Source: Stegostoma tigrinum (lineage: Eukaryota). From it: DNA of 64,000 nt. The DNA lies in the NCBI RefSeq assembly GCF_030684315.1, contig NC_081391.1, forward strand, positions 14,175,342 to 14,239,341, given 5' to 3'. The position numbers and the translations under genes were made by a program. This document shows, one piece after another, positions 7,758 to 20,548 of this stretch. How positions within the stretch are numbered: position 1 is the stretch's first letter; each line of letters opens with the position of its first letter. A model generated the notes under the pieces. The model ran no database searches. It saw only the letters and a list, made by a program, of their open reading frames with translations, and was not told the origin of the DNA.

Positions 7758-10097
7758 CATAAGACATAGGAGGGTAAGTAAGGCCATACAGCCCATTACG
7801 ACCACTTCCCTATTTATATCATGGCTGATGGGCATTTCAACACCACTTCCCTGCACTCTTCCCCGTAGCCCATGATTCCTTATGAGATCAAGAATTTGTC
7901 GATCTCTGCCTTGAACGCATCCAACGCCTCCGCTGCATTCTGTGGCAATGAATTCCACCAGCACACCACTCTCTGGCTGAAGAAATGTCGTCTCATTTCG
8001 GTTTTAAATATCCCCCCTCTAATTTTAAGGCTGTGCCCACGGGTCCTAGTCTCCCCGCCTCACGGAAACAACTTCCGAACATCTGCTCCTTCTAAACCGT
8101 GCATTATCTTGTAAGTTTCGATGAGATCCCGACTCAACCTTCTCAACTTGAATGAGTACAATCCCTGGATCCTTAGCCGTCCATCATACATTAAACCTAC
8201 CATTCCAGGGATCATCCGTGTGAATCTCTGCTGGACACGCTCCAGGGCTAGTATGTCCTTCCTGAGGTGTGGGGCCCAAAATTGGACACAGTACTCTAAA
8301 TGGGGCCTAACTAGAGCTTCATAAAGCCTCAGAAGCACATCGCTGCTTTTATATTCCAACCCTCGAGATGAACGACAACATTACGTTCACTTTGTTAATT
8401 ACGGACTCTACCTGCAAGTTAACCTTCAGAGAATCCAGCACCAACACTCGCAGAGCCCTTTGTACTTCTGATTTGCAAATTTTCTCACCATTTAGAAAAT
8501 AGTCCATGCCTGTGTTCTGTTTTCTAAAGTGCAAAACCTCACCTTTACTCACATTGAATTTCATCAGCCATTTCCTGGACCGCTCTCAAACTGTCGAAAT
8601 CTTCCTGCAGCTTCCCCACCTCTTCAGACTACCTGCCTGTCCACATATCTTCGTATCATCGGCAAACTTCACCAGAATGCCCCCAGTCCCTTCATCCAGA
8701 TCATTAATGTACAAGGTGAACAGTTGCAGCCCCAACACTGAACGCTGTGGGACACCACTCGTCACCGGTTGCCATTCCGAAAAAGAGCCTTTTATCCCAA
8801 CTTTCTGCCTTCTGTCAGACAGCCAACCATCAATCCAAGCCAGTAGCTCACCTCGAACACCATGGGCCTTCACCTTGCTCAGCAGCCTCCCGTGAGGCAC
8901 CGTATCAAAGGCCTTTTCGAAGTCTACACAGATAACATATACTGGGTTTCCCTGGTCTAACATACTTGTTAGCTCTTCAAAGAATTCTAACAGGTTTGTC
9001 AGGCACGGCCTCCCCTTACTAAATCCATGCTGACTTGTCCTAATCTGACTTTGCACTTCCAGGAATTTAGAAATCTCATCGTTGACAATGGATTCGAGAA
9101 TTTTACCAACTACCGAGGTTAGGCTAATCGGCCGAAAATTTTCCATCTTTTGCCTTGATCCTTTCTCAAACAAGAGGGTTACAACAGCAATTTTCCAATC
9201 ACCTTGGACTTGCCCTGACTCCAATGACTTTTGAAAGATCACGACCAAAACCTCCACTATTTCCTCAGCCACCTCCCTCAGAACTCAAGGATGTTGCCCA
9301 TCGGGGCCAGGAGATTTATTAATTTTTAGACCTTTTAGCTTTTCCAGCACTTTCTCTTTTGTAATGCATACCATACTCAACTCTGCACCCTGGCTCTTCC
9401 TAATTGTTGGCATACCAGTCACGTCTTCCACTGTGAAGACTGACGCAAAGTACTTATTAGGTCCTTCAGCGATTGCCTTATCTCCCATCACTAGCCTTCC
9501 AGCATCAATTTGGAGCGGCCCAATGTCTACTTTTGCCTCTCGTTTGTTTCTTATGTATTGAAAGAAGCTTTTACTATCATTTCTAATATTACTAGCTAGC
9601 CTACCTTCATATTTCATCCTCTCCTTCCTTATTGCTCTCTTTGTTATCCTCTGTCTGTTTTTGGAGCCTTCCCAATCTTCTGATACACCAGTGCTCTTGG
9701 CCACTTTATAGGCTGTCTCTTTTACTTTGATATATTTCCTGACTTCCTTTGTCAGCCATGGCTGTCTAATCCCACCCCGGATAATCTTTCTTTTCTTTGG
9801 GATGAACCTCTGTGCTGTGTCCTCAATTACACCCAGAAACTCCTGCCATTGTTGCTCTGCTGTCTTCCCCGCTCGGCTCTGCTTCCAGTCGATTTTCGTC
9901 AATTCCTCTCTCATGCCCGTGTAATTACCTTTATTTAACTGTAACACCATTACATCCGATTTTGTCTTCTCTCTTTCAAACTGCAGACTGAACTCTACCA
10001 TATTATGATCGCTGCCTCCAAAGTATTCCCTTACTTTCAGGTCTTTTATAAAGTCTGGCTCATTACATAGCACTAAGTCCAGAATAGCCTGCTCCCA
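7758..10097 (-). mobile_element. 5'-truncated, inactivated CR1-clade LINE (end of APE endonuclease, linker, RT, 3'UTR)
   Basis: ORF pieces AILDLVL...GGSDHNMVEF (APE SDH motif), KSPGPDG, NFRPISLTS, QHGF, DFEKAFDTVPH, GVPQ, KFADDTK, LYEALVRPHLEYCVQFW; broken by a stop and frameshifts. CR1-type 3' end (cataagacatagga...ggccat) near 7758. Confidence 0.93.
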
Positions 10098-10148
10098 TTC
10101 TCTTAACACTGTCTCCCACAGCTAATCCAGCTCGCCACTTGTCACTGT

Positions 10149-10690
10149 CAGCAATTTAGCATTGCCTATCCACTTAACCTGCAAATCGTTGCACTGTGGG
10201 AGAAAACAAGAACATGGGAGACACGGGGAGAATATGCAAACTCCAGACAGACAGTTCCCGAAGGCTGTAATGGAACACAGGCGCCTGGCGCTGGGAGGTA
10301 ACCGTGCGAACCACTGAGCTACCATCACACCCTAATGTACCAAACAAAGGAATATGCTGATGCATTCTATGAGAGTCATTGAGTCATACAGCCTGAAAAC
10401 AGACCCTTCAGCCCAACCTGTCCATGCCCACCACGTTTCAACAACTGAACTCGTCCCACTTGCCCACGTTGAGCCCATATCCCTCGAAACCATTCCGATA
10501 AAAGTAAATCTCTAAATGTCTCTTCAATGTTGTAATTATACCCACTTCTACCACTTCCTCTGGCAGCTCATTCCATATACACCTCAACCTATCAGCGAAA
10601 AAGTTGTCCCTCAACAAGTTCTCCTTTTCGAATCTTTCCCCTCTCCTCTCAAACCGATGCCATCTAGTTTTGGACTCCCCTACCCTGTCC
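10149..10690 (-). mobile_element. HE1-type SINE (10149-10331) next to a CR1 3'-end fragment (about 10370-10690); an ancestral spacer module
   Basis: aatttagcat...cacggggagaatatgcaaactccagacagac...aaccactgagctacc is the reverse complement of an HE1 head and core; gagtcatacagc...gacccttcagcccaac...ctagttttggactcccc is a CR1 3' end. Confidence 0.75.
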
Positions 10691-11774
10691 CAGCATGCTT
10701 TTTATTTACAGTCAATCTCGAGTGTGCCAATGGCAAGGCTACATTTAGTGCTCAGCAACTGTTACACTTCAGGAGGTGGTGATGAGCTGCTTATTACAGT
10801 CCACCTGGTGTGGGAGAGACCAGAATGATGCTGCTGCTGCTGCCGCTGAGGAGGTGCTTCTGGGATTTTCATTCACAAACAGGGATATTGTTCCAAGTCA
10901 GGATGGTGATGGATTTACATGGAGCTGCTTGAGCGTCATTGGGGCTGCATTAAGCCAGAAAATTGTACAGCGTTCCGTCACCCTTCCTAACTTCAGTCTA
11001 TTCGATAGTGGGCAGGCTTTGGAAAGTCAGGAGTTCAGCAATTCACAACAGAATTCCCAGCCTCTGGCTTGCTCTCATTGCCATGGGTATTCATAAAGTT
11101 TGACCTCTCACCATGGTTTGTACACATTATTGAAACTTGTGGGTCAATCCAATAAGATAGTGCTCGACTGCAATCTGCTTTTGAAGCTGGGAGGCCAGTT
11201 GCTCAGCTCCACAATCTAGACAATGCAATGTAAACAGAACCAGAAACTCTCACTTGGAAACACGCTTCAATTGAGGGCGAGTTCAGTTCTGTTAAAAACT
11301 ACACATGGAGATAGAAGCGTTCAACGTGCGATACATTTCCTGCAGCAATTCAGTAGGAAGGCCTGAGGCCTACCGTGTACCTGAAGCACTCAGCACATTT
11401 AGCATTTTGGTTTTCAAACCGTGCTTCCTCAGACCCAAGTCCAAACAGATCACAGTAGATACAGAATGAATCCACAAAGTAGATTGTTTTTCTGTATTAA
11501 ATGGTCCAAAAACATATGGGCTCTGTTGATGCACAGCAATGGGAAAATTTTACTGTTAACAAAACCTAGTCATTTTTCAATCGGCTACAAATCTGTGATT
11601 CAAAAGGTACAAAGACTAATCCCTCAGAGTAACAAACCGACAGAATTCAGCAAATCTGTGATGAGCGTGTCTTAACACATAACCTCAGATACAAAGGTAA
11701 AAGTTCAGAGTCTATTTTATTCTCATTTTCAGGGAGATGTACTTCCAGAATTTGTATTTATGCTGGAGCTCCAA

Positions 11775-11955
11775 GCTCATTCAGCAATTCCATCATCGAC
11801 CAGTTGTCAATTCTGATCGGTTTCTGGATCCAATTCCCATCCTGCACTGATTGGATGTGGCAGCTGATCAATTGATTAACAAGAGTGATTGGCCATCACT
11901 GATGATGTCATTTCCTGCTTCAGAAAATGAGGGTCTGCTCCTGGAATATGAATAA
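11775..11955 (+). promoter_or_regulatory. Proximal promoter of copy 2 (TATA mutated)
   Basis: Same CCAAT/CRE/ETS block as copy 1; TATGAA instead of TATAAA. Confidence 0.5.
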
Positions 11956-12052
11956 CGTCCTAAAAGAGTGATGTTTTAGGTGAAGTTGGTTTTCTTTCTA
12001 AGTTTGTTGTTTTGTTGTGGAGGGAAAGGAAGCCCCTTTTTAAAATCACAAG

Positions 12053-15000
12053 ATGGCCTCTCAGATCAGTCAGAACTATCATCAGGATTGTGAAGCTGCT
12101 GTCAACAAGCAGATTCATGTGGAGCTCACTGCCTCCTATCTCGATCAGTCTTTGGTGAGTGCTGTCCCTGTGGTGTTGGAGTTAAATCTCTTATGGTAAA
12201 GTGAACAGTTTTTCCTGTTTGTAACTAACTTGGTTCTACTGTGGATTGTTTTATATTTCTCACCTATTGAGATACCAGGAGAAATCTAATGTTAGGAAAA
12301 ATGTGGTATGATTCTGATAGACAGTAACTGGGCCCCTGTTGACTTTCATTTGATTGTCTGGTGGGTGAAGTGATTTGTGGAATACCTTTTGTAATTCACT
12401 GTCAGGATTGAGTTCCCCTGAGGATTATCTCAACTTGACAGTCCTTTTAGAAAGAAGGTGAAGTGTGGGGCTGGATGACCACAGCAGGCCAAGCAGCATC
12501 TCAGGAGCATAAAAGCTGATGTTTTGGGCCTGGACCCTTCATGCTGCTTGGCCTGCTGTGTTCATCCAGCCTGATGCTTTGTTTTCTTGTGTTCTCCAGC
12601 ATCTGCAGTTCCTGTTATTTCTGAGTAACTGAGAAAGAAGTTGGGATAACTGTTAGTTAATTAGCCATTTGTCCTGGTGTATGTGCTTTATCTTGTGATA
12701 CATGTAAACAAAACAGTTTACCCTTGTTGGGGAAAGGTGTCATAGTGACTGCCCCAAATAACCAAATCTGATTTGCCTTAGCCTCCAGGGTTGGGCTGTG
12801 ACTCCCTGCCTGTTTAATTAGACTTCCAGTGAGGCCTGTTTGGCTTTTGACTCTCTTCCATGAGGTGGGTGTGACCCCATTCTCTCTCAACCTACAGACA
12901 AGTGAATTGCTGTAGTGTGTGATGTGTTGGAGCCTCCTTGGGCTGCAGCAGTGTGCTGAGGTTATTGACTCTGAAGCAAGGATGTTCCCATACCACCTCC
13001 CCTGGTCTGAAACACACTGGCCCTTTCCCCAGATGGAGGGGTGCCTATGCTCTTCCTAGGGGTAGACTGTTTGGAAGTTGTGTTGAAGTAACCTTGGTGA
13101 GTGCAGCAGGGGACCTGGTAGATAATGGACCCTGAAAGGAGGTGGTGAATGCAGTCCCCATGAAGTGGGCTGCTCTGTCCTGGATGGTGCCTGTTTCTTG
13201 CATGTTGTAGCTCCACTTCTATAGACACATGGAGAATCTTCATCAATCTCTGGGCTTGTGCCTGTTGGAAGGAAGTCCTCTCTGACAGAAGGATCAAGTC
13301 CCTATAAGCACCTTCTGGGAGGTGGGGGGTAGCGTTTCTTGATGAACCAGTTTCAGTTTTAATCACTGACCAGTGTCCCCACTCAATGGGAATATTGTGT
13401 TCCCATATAAAATCCCCACTATTCTACACATGCCACAACATGTAACAACCTAATTAATCAATACCAAGTTTCTTGACTATTTGCATTTTTGAGGTTGAGC
13501 AATTTCATAGGAGGTTTCCTCCCTCAGAATGAAATTCATTGGCTTTATGGAGGAGCCAATAAACTATTCACTTCTACTTAATGTTGATGCAGCCCTTAAT
13601 CCAGAAAAACATGTTGGATTGTCAATTTAGGATGTGAGTGAGATAGGTGGGTCACCTATAGAATTAGGCCAAATCAGGTTTTCCAGCTTCATGTTAACCA
13701 GTGACATGATCTGCAGAACAATAGTTGATCTCCAGGTCTCTCTGACATCTGACTTTGTTTTAACCACATGATAATTGTTTGCAAGCTTCCTGATGTGAGT
13801 GCACTGCATAAACAGGTGTGATAGCCCATTGCTGTAACAATCCAGAGGCTGTCACTAGGCAGGCTTTCATTAGCAGAATCTTGATGCCACTTTCTCTCCT
13901 CTTCCATTATGCAGGCTGCACATATTGCAGAGCTGAAATACATAATGCATCCAATCCCAGTGATCTTCAATTTGTAAAAGACCCGCTCCCTCCTGGTTAT
14001 ATTGTTACACCATTGCCCATGTCTGCATGTCACTTTAGCCCCAAAGGAGAAATGTTGTCCCTCGCAGCTGCCCCACAGAGTCCCTCCTGCAAACCAGCTC
14101 CTGGCCATTCATCCAATTCTGATGGATGTCACAGTAGAAACATGAATTTGGCTTTTCTCAGCATATGCTGTGCCAGATCACCCCCCACCCTGAGCAATTT
14201 GACAGTGCTTTCAAACAAAAACATGGTTTTTGCATGCTATCTGGAGTCAGCTGGGGTTGTCTACTCTGATCCAGTTAAAGGATCTGCTGGCTAATTGAAC
14301 CTCACTGTGCTCTCAAAAAAACTATGTATTAGCAGATCTGCAGTTCTGAACTATACTAGGGCCCAGTGCCCCATTTTAATGTGATTTAACTTCTCTCTCT
14401 TCTCTCTCTTCTCCCCAACTTCCAGATGTCCTACTTTGACCGGGATGATGTTGCCCTTCCCCACTTCTCCCAGTTCTTCTAAGACCAGTCCCAGGAGAAG
14501 CGGGAACATGCAGAGAAGCTGCTGAAATTCCAGAATCAGCGTGGAGGCAGAGTCCTCCTCCAGGATGTGAAGGTTGGAGTTGGGAAGGGATGGTTGAGGT
14601 TTCAAGTCAGTGGCAAGAATTTCTCAGTGACAAGTTCTTCCATTTGGCTTCCATGTTTCTTTTTTGGAAATGCTAGGAATCCTACAAACAAGCCCTTTGG
14701 CGCAGCATGTCTATGCTGACCCAACAACTCTGACCCCATTTACCTGCACTTGGTGTACAGCCCACTTATGCCCTGACATTAAGTAGTTGTCCAGATATCG
14801 CTGGAGTTGTCACCTCCTCCTCACCACTCTTTTCCCCCCCCCCCAACTCCTGTGCTGACATTCACAAACCTACCATCCTCCTCCCTTTTAAGAAGAGTTG
14901 GAGGTGTTGGGTTCCTCCAATTTCCCCTCAAACCTGTGCCTTCTGTCTTCCCCATACTAGACTCCAAAACCATTGTCTCCACTTCCTGTGGACACTCCCC

Positions 15001-16634
15001 AGTCTTCCATGCTTCCATCAGATAACTGCCTCGTCTGCTTCAAGGGAGTTCCCAGCCTATCCAACCTCCAATCGATGGCTTTTCAATCTTGGGGCAACAT
15101 CCGGGTGACCCTCACCTGCGCCCATCTCCAATGTTTATCCTGTCCTTGTGGTTCTGGTCACCACACTGGCCAGGTCAAAGATGGAAGACAATACTCTGTA
15201 GTTTGTGACCAGACTTGTCCCACCCAATAGGGACAGGCATCATGTAGGCCAACTTCACCCCCTGGTTGACCTTTGCTGATCCCTGAGGGGTCAATGGTCT
15301 TGGGCACTTTGGTATCTCTGCTCCTTACCATTAAAAACCCTGCTGTCCCTTCACTGAATCAAACAGTGATATTTCTGATTCTGCTGATGAGACAGATATG
15401 AAACAAATGGCACAGGTGGGACTTCAACCTGGGCCCTGTGTACCAGACACAGGGACAGTACCACAGCACCAAGAGCCCATGGGATTAAGCTGTGCATGTC
15501 CTGATCTAAACTCCAGCAGATGGACACTGGTGTAATCCATCACCTTTGTGCAAAATAAATCCTTATCCCCATGATGACATGGTCCTGAACTTCCTCATTC
15601 AGATCAAGGATAAATGGGGCAAGGTGAAAGCAGTTCCCAAGTAACTGACTTGAGCATTGAGACTTGAGGGATGGTACAGTGGCTCAGTGATCAGCACTGC
15701 TGCCTCAGTGCCAGGGACCCAAGTTTGGTTCCAGCCTTGGGTGAATAAATTTCAAACATGTTGTTTTTTCCTGGAGGGGTTTCAATCCCACAGTCCAATG
15801 ATGTACAGCTTAGGAAGATAGGCCACGGGAAGTGAGGGGTTACAAGAACTGGGTGGGAGTCTTTTCAGGGGGTATTGATGGTCTCAATGGGCTGAATGGC
15901 CTGTTCCTGTGCTGCAGGTTTCTGTTTCTAAAGCTTAACTGTCCTTCTTTGCATCCTCAGAAGCCAGAGAGGGATGAGTGGGGTAACAGCCTGCAGGCAA
16001 TGCAGGTTGCCCTGGATCTGGAGAAGAATGTGAACCAGAGTTTGCTGGATCTACACCAACTCTCCACAGCACACACTGACCCTCATGTAAGCTTCACCTC
16101 ATCACTGCTACCCCCTCAGGGCAACACTTCATTGGTCTGTGGATTGGGAATTCACTGCTGTAACACTATCTTTGTCCAGATATGACATTGTCACAGCATA
16201 TTCACTCCGGGTACAGTGTCACACCTGCTCAGCAATGAGTGAAATGGGGAATTTGGGTTATAATCTTGTGGGAGTGCTGAAGTGATATTGGCCACTGAAT
16301 TCTCATTCAGGATCACTCGAGTTGAAGTCATGTTTTCTCTGGCACAAATTCTCCAGCTTTTGCCTACACTTTCAGGACTGTCTGGTGTTAGTTATGGCTG
16401 AGTCTGTTTTTCAGTGGGAATTGTACAATTGTCCTGGATAGTGTTAATGTATCCAGTTGTCATATTCCTCTGTTGCAGCTGTGTGACTTTTTGGAGACTC
16501 ACTATTTGGATGAGGAGGTGGAGATCATCAAGCAACTTGGGGACTACATCACCAACCTGAAGCGCCTGGGAGCCCCTGAGAATGGGATGGGAGAGTACCT
16601 GTTTGACAGGCTCTCGCTGGAGGACAGCAGTTAG
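12053..16634 (+). pseudogene. Ferritin copy 2 (type B), nonsense-disrupted; exons 12053-12154, 14426-14572, 15961-16086, 16479-16634
   Basis: Exon 2 has TAA at 14480-14482 where the other copies have AAA (Lys). Also Y34D (ctc gat cag) in exon 1 and TATA box altered to TATGAA (11947). AATAAA 16763. Confidence 0.88.
15668..15923 (+). mobile_element. HE1-type SINE in intron 2 of copy 2
   Basis: Paralogous to 5190-5442. Confidence 0.7.
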
Positions 16635-17044
16635 TGTGGCCTGGAGTACTGTCTGCTTGGTCTGAATGCATTCCCCCACTTCACCCTGGGCAATCTGTCT
16701 CCTTCCAGGGAGAAGGGACTTGTTGCAAAGTATGTAATGGCTGTACCAGCTGAATGGGAATGAATAAAATGTGTTGATCTTGCCTATTGTCCATCATACA
16801 AATTACTGAATACTTTGGGAGCCATCTCTTGAGCTTGAAGCCTGTTATCTTTAATTTGACAATTGAACTTAAACAGTTCACTGGATTTTTTACCATCCCC
16901 ACATACTGAGCAGTAACTGGATGGTGTTCCTTTCTGTCATTCCTTTTCAAGGTATTCCCCTTCAAATAGAATGAGGTTGGGGGTTTGCCAAAGGTGGGAT
17001 GGAAGATCTTCTGGAGGTCAATTAATACCCCTCTGGATACAGTG

Positions 17045-17555
17045 GGTTCAATAGTATTTCAAACAACATATCTGGCAAAGATCTGAGGCTCCATCCACAG
17101 GGGGATCCAAAGTAACGATGCTGAGAAGAGTGTGTCCTGGCCAGGGCAGGCTTTCTTTGTGACACCAAGTTCCCAGATTGTACGAGTGGGTATCTGGCTT
17201 TACTGTTGTGAGAAGGTAGGGGAATTGTGATATTCATGTCCAATTGCATTCCCTTAGTCACTTCTCAGCCATTCTAGACAATAGGTTATTGTCTGAAGTG
17301 ACAGTCCTCACATGGAGAGTCTGTTTTGTGATTTCTGGTGGCTGGGGCAGTAGATAACACTCCAAAGGAAGGTTACACATCAGGTCCTGACTTCACTCCC
17401 ACTCCAGGAACCTATGAAACAGAAGATCCCAGATGTCAGGTATATCTTTCACCCTTTGGCCCTGCCCTGACCAGTACACACTCTTCTCAATCTCGTTACT
17501 TTGGGTTCCACAATGGCTGGAGCCTTGTGATGTTGTCTGAGCTCATAACAGAACC
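17045..17555. repeat. Degenerate inverted repeat (arms about 17045-17151 and 17459-17555, spacer about 300 nt) 3' of copy 2
   Basis: ggatccaaagtaacgatgctgagaagagtgtgtcctggccagggcagg is the near reverse complement of cctgccctgaccagtacacactcttctcaatctcgttactttgggttcc. Confidence 0.75.
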
Positions 17556-18551
17556 AGTGAGGGTTTGTTGGGGTGGGAGCAAGGTGATAGGTGGGTGGAT
17601 GGAAACTGTGACCTTCCCCTCCCCCCTGGCTCCCTTGTAACACCAAACTGCATTTGGTCACAGGGACCTCCGCCATCTGAGTAAGGCATAATCTTTGTCC
17701 AGGGGGCTGTGATTTCAATGCCCACTGAGACTCGCTGCCAGTACACACTGGGGGTGATCTTTTAGCCAGAGGCATGACAAATTCCTCATCTTGAGGCTCT
17801 CATTTCACTGTCTGCCCTTAGGCCACGGCTCGCTGTAACAAGCCGTCACTTGTACTGAAACGTCACTTTCCATCTTACCAGGCCAGAGCTGTGAAGAATC
17901 ATCCCAAACATTCACCGTAGCCCTCTTCCCAGTGAGTCAGCTCAAAATCTCCTCCACAGCATGGGCTTATAGGGCAGGGTCTGCCTTCCACCCAAAGCAA
18001 GCGAATAGTGACCTGGGAATAACCCAGCAACGCTCATGGCTAAATGCTGCCATTGGATTGACTCTTGCCGCTCAAACCAGCATTGAGTGCACTCAGCTGC
18101 TCCCTTGGTTCCTCTGAGCTTCCCACAGGGTGAGGGTTGCTCTTGATGCAGGTTGTCCTCACCTAATCACATTGAAGGAGTAGTGTGACTGGGAGAGGAG
18201 ACCTGGAGATGCTGACTTTCCTGTACGGCTGCTTGCTTTATCTTTTTTGAGGTGTCGGAGATCGGGGGTTCGGGAGTGGGTAATTAGAGACGTCCTGGGG
18301 GTTGTTTCAGGGAGTTTTCTCACTGCAGCCTTTGTGGAGTTTGGTGGGGTGAGGCCATCCACCCCTTAGCATATTCGTTCCACCACCTAAATTGTTTTGT
18401 TTTTGGGATATTTAAGTCTTTGCGATAGTAAACCTGAAGTGTGGGAAGGCCTCATTAGGCACTTTAAATCTGCATTGACTCTGAACAGCACCCTGTTCAG
18501 GCTCACCACATTTCCCACAGTTAATTTACCATGGTTCCCCCTGTCACCATT

Positions 18552-19072
18552 GGCAATTTAGCACGGCAAATACGCCTAATTTACATGTTGCCCGACTGTG
18601 GTAGGAGACTGGAGCACCTGAAAGACGTCGATACAGACACGAGGAGAATGTACAAACTCCACACAGACCATTTCCCCAAGGCCCGAATATAACTCGGGCC
18701 CCTGGTGCTATGAGGTAACAGTGCTAACTGCTGAGGCCCCGTCACCCCCGAAAGTACCAAACAGAGGAGGAGGCTCTTGCATTGCATAGTCAGAGCCATC
18801 CATCATGGAAATAGACTCTTCAGCACAACATGTCCTTGCAGACCAGGTTTCCACAAATTGTGTCGTGCCATTTGCCTTTATTTGGCCCAAATCCCTCTAA
18901 ACCGTTCCATCCCATATACGTGTCCAAATGTCTTGTAATGGTACCCAAACCTACCGTTTCCCTTGGCAGCTCGTTCCATACACGCACCACCTCCTGTGTC
19001 AAAACGTTGTCCCTCATGTCCCTTTCAAAACTTGCCCCTATGCCCTCTAGTTTTGGACTCCCCTACCCTGTC
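18552..19072 (-). mobile_element. HE1-type SINE plus CR1 3' fragment (spacer before copy 3)
   Basis: Paralogous to 10149-10690; the ORF track shows VVRVWNELPRETV, a CR1 C-terminal motif. Confidence 0.7.
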
Positions 19073-20271
19073 CCAGCAAGCGTTTTATATACAGTCAATC
19101 TTGAGTGTGCCAATGGCAAGGCTACATTTAGTGCTCAGCAACTGTTACACTTCAGGAGGTGGTGATGAGCTGGTTATTACAGTCCACCTGGTGTAGCAGA
19201 GCCCGGAATGATGCTGCTGCTGAGGAGGGGCTTCTGGGATTTTCATTCACAAACAGGGATAGTGTTCCAAGTCAGGATGGTGACAGATTTACATGGAGCT
19301 GCTTGAGTGTCGTTGAGGCTGTCTTGAGCCAGAACAATGTAAAGTCATCCATCACACTTCCTGACTTCAGTCTTGTTGATGGTGGACAGGCTTTGGAAAG
19401 TCAGGAGTTGAGTGATTCACAACAGAATTCCCAGCCTCTTCCCACATTCTGAGCTGTTTGTTCTACAGAGTGCAATGTAAACAGGACCAGAACCTCCTGT
19501 TTAGAAACACGCTGCAGTTAAGCGCTTGTTGTCCTTGGAGCAGTTAAAAGCTGAACACAGAAATAGAAATATTGAATGTGCGATATATTTCCAGCACCTG
19601 ATACCTCAGCAGTTTAGCTGGGAAATTCAGCCCATTTCTGAAGAAGGGTCCCAACCCAAAAAGTCAGCCTTCCTGATCCTCTGAAGCTGCCCAGCCTGCT
19701 GTGTTACTCCAGCTCCACGCTTTCTTATCTCTGACTCCAGCATTGACAGTTCTTACTATCTCTGAGGGAGTTAAGTGCTCGTCATTCTTGAACTGACTAA
19801 AAACTGAACACCGAGATAAAATGCTGAACATGGAATATATTTCTAGCAGCTGTCACATGGGCTATTTGGGTATAGACCCTGAGGCCTACTCCCGCACAGC
19901 ACATTTTCGAATTTGATTTTCAAACTGGACTTACTACGATCCAAAGTCAACGAGATCCTGGCAGATTCTGAATGGATCCATAGCCTGTAGGTACCTGTAT
20001 TAAATGACCCAAAAGCACATGAATTCTGTTGCTGCACACCAATACGTAAATGTTTACTGTCCACAAAATCTTGCCACTTTTCAATATACTCCAACACCGT
20101 CGTTCAAAAGCTACAAAGACAAATTCATCAGAGTAACAAACCGACAGAATTCAGCAAATCTGTGATGAGGGTGTCTTAATACATAACCTCAGATACAGAA
20201 GTTTCAGAGTATGTTTTTTGTCATTTTCAGGGAGATGTCCTTCCAGAATTTGCACTTGTGCGGAGGTCCAA

Positions 20272-20452
20272 GGTCATTCAGCAATTCCATCATCGACCAG
20301 TTGTCAATTCTGATCGGTTTCTGGATCCAATACCCATCCTGCACTGATTGGACGTGCCAACTGATCAACTGATGAACAAGAGTGATTGGCCATCACTGAT
20401 GATGTCATATCCTGCTCAATAAAATGAGGGCTTGCAACTGAGGTATAAATAG
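20272..20452 (+). promoter_or_regulatory. Proximal promoter of copy 3
   Basis: Same block; TATAAA 20444; ETS-type site altered to ATATCCTG. Confidence 0.5.
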
Positions 20453-20548
20453 TGTCTCCACGCGACTGATGGTTTAGGTGTAGTTGGTTTTCTTTCTAAG
20501 TTTGTTCTTTGATTGTAAGAAAAAGGAAAGCCCTTTTCTCCTCGCAAA

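Noticed and set aside
11959-11980. Hairpin CCTAAAA-GAGTGATG-TTTTAGG just after the TATA, as a variant IRE
   Set aside because: The loop is 8 nt starting GAGUG (no C-G loop pair), there is no C bulge or lower stem, it is absent in types C and D, and it straddles the expected TSS.
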